DNA of 64,000 nucleotides, taken from an uncultured Eubacteriales bacterium (GTDB taxonomy: Bacteria > Bacillota > Clostridia > Lachnospirales > Lachnospiraceae). The position numbers and the translations under genes were made by a program. The stretch spans positions 713 to 64,712 of the forward strand of contig ONED01000004.1 in assembly GCA_900316755.1 (NCBI GenBank), read 5' to 3'. Below the pieces are notes generated by a model. That model ran no database searches and was not told where the DNA came from. It saw only the letters and a list, made by a program, of their open reading frames with translations. Each line of letters opens with the position of its first letter. The first letter of the stretch is position 1. Shown piece after piece: positions 53,501 to 61,505 of the stretch.

Positions 53501-56317
53501 CTACTTTTGCCCCTTTAATTCGATGGTCTTTTCCTGAACTTCCGTATTGATATCATCTGTAACAGAAATCAAAGTCTGTACAATATCATCTCCATCATAA
53601 ACCACATCACGAAATGCGAAATTAAAATATCTTTCTACATAATACGAACCCGGCACCTGCGGTACGCCCTTACAGTAGGAAAGCTGTTCCTGCAACAAGC
53701 CCTGTATCTCTTTCGTCCACGGAATCGTTTGTCTCGCTCCATTGGCTGCCGGATTTACCCGCCCTGCAATTCCTAATACCGTTTCAATATTTCGTGCGTA
53801 TTTTGCCTGGGTATCACTCCCTGCCCACCATTTCAGGAACTCCCATGCATCGTCCTTGCAATCTGTACCTGACATAATGGAAGCTCCGGTTACCGTGCAG
53901 GCCGTAGCATGATTCACCTTTCCGTTTTCATCTTTCGTACCCGGTACCAGTGCCATTCCCCATTTTCCTTCAATCTCCGGTGCAAACACGGATAACTGAT
54001 AGTACTGCGAATATGGCATTACCGCTATCGGCATCTCTCCGCTACGGAACAGGTTCACAAAGTTAAAAGTGAGATCCTGCTTATATTCCGTATAAATACT
54101 TGTATAATCCTTGAATGCGTTGATTCCTTCCTTAGAATCTAAAAGGATGTTCAAACAATCGTCGGTATACAGATTATTGTCTCCCTGATAATAAAACGTC
54201 AGATAAGAGACCAAACCGGGCGTCAGGCCAAACTTCAGGTTTTTTATCTGCAATTTGGGCAACACTACCTGCAGCATGGTATCCCATGTCTCGCATTCTT
54301 CCATAGAGATATCCATTCCTTCCAGCACGTCCTTCCGATAAAAAAGTACCGGATAATCCAGGGTAGTCGGGAGCGCATAGAGACCTCCGTCTGACTGGAA
54401 TGATGCATAGGAACACGGCTCATACTGTGCCAACACTTCATCTATATCCTCAAATTCATTCAAATCCGCTACCACGCCACGAAGCGCATAGTTGACCGGC
54501 GTTGCCTCTGTCAGATTCAGAACCACATCCGGTCCTGTACCCGCAAACAGCGCAGGCATCAGTGCACCTTCTGCAACATTCTGCATCTTCACGGGAATGG
54601 AGCTATTTGGAACAAATTCCTCATTGATGAGTTTTTGAATCACCTGCGCCTGCTCCGTTCCTGCAATTACCCACACCTGAAGAGGTTCCTCGTCTTCTGC
54701 TATCTCATTGGTGTTCCCAATGCTGGTGTAATCCACAATGTAAGAAGCAATGAGCTGTTTTAGTTGAAACCAGAGATTCTGAAAAAACCCTTTCCCGGCT
54801 TTTGGAATCTCTCCCTCCGGTTTCGTTACAAAGAGATAATCCACTTCCAGCGGCTGACTTCTGCTCGTTGATACCCAGGAAGCCAGAGAGGAAATGTTCG
54901 ATGCCAAATCGCTCATTCTCTTTGCAGTCGTCTCCGGATCTTCATAGAGCTGTCGTAATAAATCACGCATCGCTTCAAATTCTGTAATGCTCTGCTCCCC
55001 GTCTGTGATTTTGTCAATCTCATCGACTAAAACATCAATTTTATCCGCCACCGTATTGTACTGTTCAATGACATCCGGAATCAGTGCCTTGAAGTTATAG
55101 TCCCTCTTTAAGTCCGGTGAAGTTCCACTGACCATAATAATCTGCATGTACATGCCATTCAGCTCTTCCAACAATTCATTTGTCTGTTGCAGCACGCCGG
55201 ACAGTTCACCCAGACGCACTGTCATACGAAGCGTATGTTCTCCCGCTGTCAAATAGAAGCGGTATGGTTCTTCCCCTCCAAAGCAGCTCGTTTTCCAAGA
55301 GTTATCATAGGCAAAGGACAACCTGCGTGCCTCCTCAAACGGAATCTCTCCATCAATGGATAGGCTTCGATAAGACATGCCTCCGATTTTTGTATGCTGT
55401 CTCCAACGCATCCCAAGCTGGTACCAGCCATCCTCCGGAACCTCAATCTTCCATTCTATCCACTGTCCCACAGTTCCCCAGGAGCTGCCTCCAATCGTAT
55501 TATACACAATGACATCCGGCGAGTTCGGCTCCGTTGCAGCCGAACTTCTGTCATTCTGAATCAAAATACTTGCATCGGACTTTGCAGAGTAGTTCTCTCC
55601 CTGCACCTTCCGAAGCTCTGTATCGGCATCTTTTGCTCCGTCTGCCTGATTTTTTGCAAGAATTTCCTCATATGCCACCACCTCTGCCCGCTTTGTCGTT
55701 AGCGTGACAGAGCCTATCGCCATACGATCCAGTACCGAATCCAGAATCAGCGTATGCTCTCCCGCTGTCAGCGAAAAAGCATAGGCTTCTTCCTTGTAAC
55801 CATTCGTATCTGTTAAAAAAACTTCCTGCCAGCAAACATTCTCTTTCTCTTCCCGTCGAATTTCATTTCCCTGCAGGTCATATCGTTTTTCTCCGGTTGC
55901 AGAATAAGAACGTTTGAATGAAATGGCAGTTGAAGTCGCCCTCTCCCCGTCAATCAAGAGCCTGCGCTCCATCTGAAGAGAGCTGCCGGATACCGTATAG
56001 TAAGCCACCTTTATAAAATAGGTGCTATCCGCTTTCGTCGAAAATTTCCATGCGACCCGGCCTTCCTCTTCCGTAACCACTGCCGCATTTCCATTTCCGT
56101 CAATATCAGATTCCAGAACCGTCTCCTGTGACTGTTCCTTGTCATAATCTACCGCGCGAAGGACAATATCCTCTGAAACAATTCCGCTCACTCCCCCGGA
56201 CAATGCCTCAGGCTGTCCTTCTTCTGCAAGTAAAGTCATATTGCCTGATACTGCCAGACACACGGCAAGCAGTATACTTAAGACTGTCTTTCTTTGTCTT
56301 TGACTTTGCCTCTTCAT
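53501..56317 (-). CDS. Large (938 aa) extracellular solute-binding protein with N-terminal CBM-like domains and a coiled region
   Basis: Signal peptide; two CBM6/35-like segments (GTVGQWIEWKIEVPEDGWYQLGMR; LTAGEHTL x2); C-terminal SBP (LFYRKDVLE, FRSGEMPI, AWEFLKWW). Confidence 0.85.
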   Translation of the reverse strand: MKRQSQRQRKTVLSILLAVCLAVSGNMTLLAEEGQPEALSGGVSGIVSEDIVLRAVDYDKEQSQETVLESDIDGNGNAAVVTEEEGRVAWKFSTKADSTYFIKVAYYTVSGSSLQMERRLLIDGERATSTAISFKRSYSATGEKRYDLQGNEIRREEKENVCWQEVFLTDTNGYKEEAYAFSLTAGEHTLILDSVLDRMAIGSVTLTTKRAEVVAYEEILAKNQADGAKDADTELRKVQGENYSAKSDASILIQNDRSSAATEPNSPDVIVYNTIGGSSWGTVGQWIEWKIEVPEDGWYQLGMRWRQHTKIGGMSYRSLSIDGEIPFEEARRLSFAYDNSWKTSCFGGEEPYRFYLTAGEHTLRMTVRLGELSGVLQQTNELLEELNGMYMQIIMVSGTSPDLKRDYNFKALIPDVIEQYNTVADKIDVLVDEIDKITDGEQSITEFEAMRDLLRQLYEDPETTAKRMSDLASNISSLASWVSTSRSQPLEVDYLFVTKPEGEIPKAGKGFFQNLWFQLKQLIASYIVDYTSIGNTNEIAEDEEPLQVWVIAGTEQAQVIQKLINEEFVPNSSIPVKMQNVAEGALMPALFAGTGPDVVLNLTEATPVNYALRGVVADLNEFEDIDEVLAQYEPCSYASFQSDGGLYALPTTLDYPVLFYRKDVLEGMDISMEECETWDTMLQVVLPKLQIKNLKFGLTPGLVSYLTFYYQGDNNLYTDDCLNILLDSKEGINAFKDYTSIYTEYKQDLTFNFVNLFRSGEMPIAVMPYSQYYQLSVFAPEIEGKWGMALVPGTKDENGKVNHATACTVTGASIMSGTDCKDDAWEFLKWWAGSDTQAKYARNIETVLGIAGRVNPAANGARQTIPWTKEIQGLLQEQLSYCKGVPQVPGSYYVERYFNFAFRDVVYDGDDIVQTLISVTDDINTEVQEKTIELKGQK

Positions 56318-59300
56318 CTTTCTTTTTTCCTCTTTGCATTTACAAATTGAATGACTGCAATTCCAAGTAAAATCACTACACCGGCAATGGGAACCGCAGC
56401 TTTTACAAGATTTCTCTTTTCTTTTGCAACCTCGACATCTGATGAAACGACCTCACTCTGTCCATCTTTCACAGCTACCTTTTCTTTGGTAACATTGGTT
56501 CCTATCGGCTGCGTGTCCACATACTTTCCGGTATCTTTCGATGGCTTCAATGCTGCCCCATACTCTTTATCCTGAGAAAGCTTGTTCTTGGCCGTCTCTT
56601 CGATTTCTCCCATATACTCTGTGTCCGTCCCTGCCACTGTCCATATCTTTACATCTGATACTTTGACAACATCATTAAAGGACCAAGAAATACCCGGTTT
56701 GCTTTCACCTGCGTTTGTATATGCCTTATCAATTATTTTCTCTCCGTTCAGCCAAATTGTAATATGATTTGGTGTGGAATGAACGGCAACCGGCAGACCG
56801 GAACTCAGTTTCGGTAATCTCTTATTCACCCAGCCTTCGCTTGCTCCGATAGACTTATACCCACTGCTCTGTATATTCAGTTGTCCGCTTGGATAGCGGT
56901 AACTGATATTTACATAATTATTTGTCTGCACAATGTAGCTCATGTAATAATCTGCATCTGCATCCAAATCGGTTTTAAAATATGCAGAGCTTTCACTATC
57001 TACCGACAGCACTCCGTTTTTCCATGTACCACCGGTCACACCTGCAATCTCATGCAGCTCATGCTCCTTTGCATCATATTTTGGTTCGTCCGATACAGCG
57101 GTCTCTTTCGTCCAGATACAAATATCACTTACTTCCACCGGATTACTAAATGTCCATGTCAAGGACGGAGCCGCTGAACCACCATTGTCGTATGCTCTAT
57201 CCACAATCTTTTCACCGTCTACCCATACCTTGACTGCTTCCGGAGAAGAATAGAATGCCACTCTCGCTCCGGTCGCCAGCGTCGGGAAAGCTTTGTCGTG
57301 CCACTCTCTGCCACTTCCAACTGCTTCGTTGTATCCGTTTGACTGCAACTGTACGAAACCATTCTTATCATCACGATATCCAATGTTGACTGCTCCTGCT
57401 GTCTTCACCTTCATCGTCACATAGTATGCGGCATTATAAGGTAAATCACTAAGCAGCATAGAACTTGACTCCTTCGGAACCGTAAGGGTTCCATCCTCAT
57501 AAGTACCACTTGTTACATTCAAAACCTCATACTTCTTATCGGTTTCCGCATTATACTGTGGTTCATCTGCTCCAATCGGAGCCTCCCCACCCGCTTCCTT
57601 TGCGATCCAGATTTGGATGTCTGATAAAGTCACGCCACCCCGATTCCACGTAATATCCGGTTTTGCGGCTTCATTAGCGGTTACATAGGCGGCATCCACT
57701 ATCTTCACCCCGTCTGCCCAGAGTGTAAAATTCTCCGGAGTAGAGTGAATCGTAATCTTGACACCGTCCGTCTGAATATTGGAAAACGCTGTGCTTTTTT
57801 CCCATTCCTCGTCTCCAATTCCCACAGGCTTATAACCGCCTTTCTGAATATGGAAGTATGCTCCGCCACGTGATCCGATATTTACAAACGCTGTGCCCGA
57901 GTTGGGTATCCCGAGTTTCACTTTCATCGTCATGTAATACTCTGCATTTCCTGCCAAGCCCGTGGTCATGCCTGTGGCTGCTTCGTCTGCCGTCGTGAGC
58001 ACTCCTTCGTTATATGTGCTGGATTTGCCTACTCCGGTAATCTCAGATGTTTTGTGGTTCTCTTCCTCATACCGTGGTTCATCTGATAGTGGCGGCTCTT
58101 CTTCTCCACCATCCTTCGCAGTCCAAATCTGAATATCCGATAAAATAACACCGCCCTGATTCCATGTAATATCCGGTTTTGCAGCTTTCCCACCCGTTTT
58201 ATATGTAGTGTCAATAATCTTCTCTCCATCCGCCCAGAGCGTAAAACTCTCTGAAGAGGAATGAATCGTAATCTTCACACCTTCTGACTGAAGTTTGGAG
58301 AACACTGTGCTGTTTACCCACTTTTCATCTCCAATCCCCACAGGCTGATAACCACCTTTCTGGAGTTGAATATACTGTCCCTCTCTCGAACCGATATTTA
58401 CAAACGGTGTTCTCTGGGTATCCGTTCCCACCTTTACCTTCATCGTCATATAGTAATCCGCATCCGCCGGAAGCTCTGTCACGATGCCGGCGCTCTTGCT
58501 GTCAGATATTGTTAACTTTCCGTTTTCATAGACCGTATTCGGACCTACGTCTGTAATCTCATATAAGGTATCTTTCTCGACATCATACTTCGGATCATTC
58601 GATACAGGCGGTTCTTCTCCGCTCTTTTCGGTCCAGACAGTTATCCCTGTCATAGTCGTATTCGTCGACGCCCAGCTTATCTTAGGTGTACCTGCGGCAG
58701 CTTCTGCGATAGGGATATCTTCGTAAGCCTTTACTCCATTTACCCAAATCGTCGTCTTATCCGGATTACTTTGTAGTGTTATCTTAGCACCTGTACTTAA
58801 TCCTATATTTCCCTGTGGCCATAATTGACCGCTGGGATAAGAGTTCTTATCCAAACCAAGTAAAGCATATTGGGTCTGTCCCAGATACAACCGGACATTA
58901 CTTCCTCTGTAATCAAAATACACATCACCTGCGGTCTTGGCTGTGAAGCTGACATAATAAGTCTCATCGGCAGGAACAGGAGCCGTTATATCAAATGCTT
59001 TATTTCCCTGCCCCATTTCCAGACTTTCCTCATGGTACAGCAGATTTCCTGTCTCTTCACTATAGCTCGGCTCTGCATCACCCGGTTTCTCTGTCCAGAT
59101 AGTAATATCCGTTATGGTTGTGTTCGTCGATGCCCAGCTTATCGTCGGAATTCCCTGCAGTCCGGTAGCCTGATCACTCAATGCAGCATCGGTTACAATC
59201 TCCTTGCCACCTATCCAAAACGATGATTTATCCGGGGCACTCTTAAATGTAACCTTCACACCATCCTTCAACCCAACATTCCCTTGTGGCCACTTATCCG

Positions 59301-59646
59301 TTGCAAGATGAATCAGACCGCACTGAGTCTGTCCCAAATAAAAGCGCGCCGTGTCAGCACCACCACTCGTACCTGCTCCTCTGTAGTTAAAATACACCTC
59401 ACCCGTTGTCTTTACAGTAAAGCTCATATAATAGGTCTCATCTGCCGGAACAGTTACACCAAAACCGTGATTTCCCTGCCCCATTTCCACCTTATCCTCG
59501 CTATACAACAAGTTGCCCGTCTTTGCACTGTAGCTTGGTTCGCCACCTCCGGCATTTACCACACCGGCATACTGTAAAAAACAGCTTCCAACAAGCACTG
59601 CCGTCAATATCAAGCTACATAGTTTTTTTGCTTTTTCAAATTTCAT
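56314..59646 (-). CDS. Exported, C-terminally anchored 1110-aa protein made of six tandem beta-sandwich-like modules
   Basis: Signal peptide; six repeats starting EPxY and ending (D/G)I(T/Q/C)(I/V)W or DVKIW; C-terminal TM plus KRKKER; no recognisable catalytic domain. Confidence 0.85.
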   Translation of the reverse strand: MKFEKAKKLCSLILTAVLVGSCFLQYAGVVNAGGGEPSYSAKTGNLLYSEDKVEMGQGNHGFGVTVPADETYYMSFTVKTTGEVYFNYRGAGTSGGADTARFYLGQTQCGLIHLATDKWPQGNVGLKDGVKVTFKSAPDKSSFWIGGKEIVTDAALSDQATGLQGIPTISWASTNTTITDITIWTEKPGDAEPSYSEETGNLLYHEESLEMGQGNKAFDITAPVPADETYYVSFTAKTAGDVYFDYRGSNVRLYLGQTQYALLGLDKNSYPSGQLWPQGNIGLSTGAKITLQSNPDKTTIWVNGVKAYEDIPIAEAAAGTPKISWASTNTTMTGITVWTEKSGEEPPVSNDPKYDVEKDTLYEITDVGPNTVYENGKLTISDSKSAGIVTELPADADYYMTMKVKVGTDTQRTPFVNIGSREGQYIQLQKGGYQPVGIGDEKWVNSTVFSKLQSEGVKITIHSSSESFTLWADGEKIIDTTYKTGGKAAKPDITWNQGGVILSDIQIWTAKDGGEEEPPLSDEPRYEEENHKTSEITGVGKSSTYNEGVLTTADEAATGMTTGLAGNAEYYMTMKVKLGIPNSGTAFVNIGSRGGAYFHIQKGGYKPVGIGDEEWEKSTAFSNIQTDGVKITIHSTPENFTLWADGVKIVDAAYVTANEAAKPDITWNRGGVTLSDIQIWIAKEAGGEAPIGADEPQYNAETDKKYEVLNVTSGTYEDGTLTVPKESSSMLLSDLPYNAAYYVTMKVKTAGAVNIGYRDDKNGFVQLQSNGYNEAVGSGREWHDKAFPTLATGARVAFYSSPEAVKVWVDGEKIVDRAYDNGGSAAPSLTWTFSNPVEVSDICIWTKETAVSDEPKYDAKEHELHEIAGVTGGTWKNGVLSVDSESSAYFKTDLDADADYYMSYIVQTNNYVNISYRYPSGQLNIQSSGYKSIGASEGWVNKRLPKLSSGLPVAVHSTPNHITIWLNGEKIIDKAYTNAGESKPGISWSFNDVVKVSDVKIWTVAGTDTEYMGEIEETAKNKLSQDKEYGAALKPSKDTGKYVDTQPIGTNVTKEKVAVKDGQSEVVSSDVEVAKEKRNLVKAAVPIAGVVILLGIAVIQFVNAKRKKER

Positions 59647-59696
59647 TTTGAATAGCCTCCTTTCTAATTTTCCCCCTATTTTTTCCTAATAAATAC

Positions 59697-59768
59697 AGTA
59701 TATCTTTTTCGCCTTTACCATGGAATAGAAAAAATCTTCTCTTTTTGTACAAATAGCAGTTTTGTCCA
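59697..59768 (-). promoter_or_regulatory. Putative activator-dependent promoter of the 59646->36682 operon
   Basis: -10 TATACT (59702-59697), TTTTTCTATTCC 19 nt upstream, TGGACAAAACTGCTA 51 nt upstream; matches 33593-33665. Confidence 0.6.
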
Positions 59769-59799
59769 GCTTTTTCTTTGTTATAAACCGTCAATTTTC

Positions 59800-59828
59800 T
59801 TGACATCCCTTCCCATCCTATGTAAAAT
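59800..59828 (+). promoter_or_regulatory. Sigma-A promoter of the araC-family gene
   Basis: TTGACA (59800-59805), 17 nt, TAAAAT (59823-59828), with an extended -10 TG-like context. Confidence 0.75.
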
Positions 59829-59855
59829 TATCATATACGAAAGGAGAGGATTCTT

Positions 59856-60776
59856 ATGAGAATAATAACATCAGTCTCACATCAGGATGAGCCTCTAATC
59901 GGCTGTAATCCTTCCAGATACCTGAGAATAATAACATCAGTCTCACATCAGGATGAGCCTCTAATCGGCTGTAATCCTTCCAGATACCTTGAGCTTTTGG
60001 GCTGTGGTCTCTATGATTTACGAGGTACGACCTCCACTTTTACCTGTAACCGTCCCGCCAACACCTGCCAAAACTATATGCTGCAGATTCTGGTAACAGG
60101 ACAGGGCTTCCATATCATAGACGGGGTGACCCATATGCTTCAGGCAGGTCAGTGTATCCTTTACAAGCCAAATCAGTCGCAACAAATCATACATTATGGA
60201 AAAGATGACCCATTATTTATGTGGCTGCATTTTGACGGAAACGGAGCTTCGAACATCATTACCGATTTGCAGCTCGAGGGCATCCACACCTTAACCGGCA
60301 CCTCCGCGTTAAGAAAACTCCTCTTGCAACTGGTAAGTGAAAAACGCTCCTCTCTCCCCAACAATGAGTACCTGTGCCAGAGTCAACTGCTCTACTTTCT
60401 TGTGACGCTGTCCCATACATTTGCAGAAAACTCTTCCCATGTGCTTTATTCCGGAAAAGTCGCCCCTGCCATGAATCATATGATGACACACTACGCAAAG
60501 CAGGGGTTATGCAATCAGGATTATGCAGAAATGTGTTGTCTGAGTGAATCTAGATTTTCACACATATTCAAAGAGGTGACCGGAACCACTCCCAAAAAAT
60601 ACGTGGAGCAGAAAAGAGTAGATGCCGCAAAAGAACTACTCGCTTCCTCTCAGCTTCAGATTTTTGAAATTGCTACATCCGTAGGTTATGATGACCCCTA
60701 CCATTTCAGCCGTGTCTTTAAGAAAATCGTCGGAGTTTCTCCACAACTCTATCGCAAGGAACATAGCAATACCTAA
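59856..60776 (+). CDS. AraC/XylS family transcriptional regulator with a duplicated N-terminal 22 aa
   Basis: Cupin-like sensor (LYKPNQSQ..W.HFDG) and double HTH (SESRFSHIFKEVTG; IATSVGYDDPYHFSRVFKKIVGVSP); divergent from the glycan operon. Confidence 0.92.
   Translation: MRIITSVSHQDEPLIGCNPSRYLRIITSVSHQDEPLIGCNPSRYLELLGCGLYDLRGTTSTFTCNRPANTCQNYMLQILVTGQGFHIIDGVTHMLQAGQCILYKPNQSQQIIHYGKDDPLFMWLHFDGNGASNIITDLQLEGIHTLTGTSALRKLLLQLVSEKRSSLPNNEYLCQSQLLYFLVTLSHTFAENSSHVLYSGKVAPAMNHMMTHYAKQGLCNQDYAEMCCLSESRFSHIFKEVTGTTPKKYVEQKRVDAAKELLASSQLQIFEIATSVGYDDPYHFSRVFKKIVGVSPQLYRKEHSNT
59857..59988. repeat. Exact 66-bp tandem duplication, in frame
   Basis: Unit 59857-59922 is repeated at 59923-59988 (RIITSVSHQDEPLIGCNPSRYL x2). 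Confidence 0.95.
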
Positions 60777-60785
60777 TACCTTCGG

Positions 60786-60827
60786 TGATGACGGACTATC
60801 TGCCTTGATAAGTCCGTCATCATTTTT
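60786..60827 (+). terminator. Rho-independent terminator of the araC-family gene
   Basis: tgatgacggact (60786-60797) / agtccgtcatca (60811-60822) followed by TTTTT. Confidence 0.8.
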
Positions 60828-60890
60828 CCTTTCTACTCGAATGTACCATAAATTTTCCGATTTTTTACTGGTAATTTTTGTTAATCTCTA

Positions 60891-61310
60891 CTACTCAAAT
60901 GGTACAAACGGAAGCTCAATGGGCTTAGAATTTCCCGGCTGTGGGTCTTCCTGATTCGGTTTCTCCGGTTGTTCTTCGTCAGGCTCTGACGGGAGCGGCA
61001 TAGGTTCTTCACTTTCCGCAACGATTGGTAATTCTCCCTTTTCCTTATCCGTAGTCCCGGCCTGATTTTCTTTTGATGCTGAACTATCTTTATTCGTAAC
61101 TCCTTGGTTTTCTTCCGAAGAATCCTCCGTCTTCTCCGTCCCGTCCTTTTTTGAATCGTCCGGTTGTTCCTGCCCCTGCTCCTGATTTATGGTCGGCTTC
61201 GTGACATCATTCTCCTTTTTAGACCTCTGTTTCCAAAAAAAGAGGCTGCCAACTGCGGCAACCAATAAAATTACCACACCGATTACAATCCATTTTTTCT
61301 TGTTTTTCAT
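60891..61310 (-). CDS. 139-aa single-pass membrane protein with an acidic disordered linker ending IELPFVPFE
   Basis: MKNKKK plus TM helix, low-complexity E/D/Q/P/K tail with ELPIV and ELPFVP motifs; GAGAGGAG RBS. Confidence 0.8.
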   Translation of the reverse strand: MKNKKKWIVIGVVILLVAAVGSLFFWKQRSKKENDVTKPTINQEQGQEQPDDSKKDGTEKTEDSSEENQGVTNKDSSASKENQAGTTDKEKGELPIVAESEEPMPLPSEPDEEQPEKPNQEDPQPGNSKPIELPFVPFE

Positions 61311-61336
61311 ATTTCTCTCCTCTCAAAACGTAGAAA

Positions 61337-61362
61337 GCAGACACCCTGATTAGATGTCTGCT
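61337..61362 (-). terminator. Hairpin between the small peptide and the 139-aa gene (possible attenuator or mRNA-stabilising stem)
   Basis: agcagaca...tgtctgct arms. Confidence 0.45.
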
Positions 61363-61373
61363 CCCAAAATCCC

Positions 61374-61505
61374 CTATGAGGACGGCAATTCCACCGACGT
61401 AGCTGCCGGCACAAACGGCAGTTCATTCTCTCCGCTTGTACGTATGATATCATCACTATCAAAGGATACCATTTCCATCTCTGGAGTACTATATATTTCT
61501 TTCAT
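61374..61505 (-). CDS. Unannotated 43-aa peptide, MKEIYSTPEMEMVSFDSDDIIRTSGENELPFVPAATSVELPSS
   Basis: Manual translation; RBS GAAGGAGG directly after the stop of the upstream gene; paralogue of 25404-25514. Confidence 0.82.
   Translation of the reverse strand: MKEIYSTPEMEMVSFDSDDIIRTSGENELPFVPAATSVELPSS

Noticed and set aside
56314-56500. Sortase LPxTG anchor on the 1110-aa and 816-aa proteins
   Set aside because: A TM helix and basic tail are present, but there is no LPxTG-like motif and no sortase gene in the window; treated as simple membrane anchors.
59857-59988. Possible CRISPR array
   Set aside because: Only two directly abutting 66-bp copies with no spacer, inside a coding frame; no cas genes in the window.
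61374-61505. Lasso-peptide precursor interpretation of the small peptides
   Set aside because: Leader-like YxxP and Thr(-2) are present, but this peptide has no Asp/Glu at core positions 7-9, and no lasso cyclase, B-protein peptidase or RRE gene is seen in the window. Kept only as a leader-like similarity.
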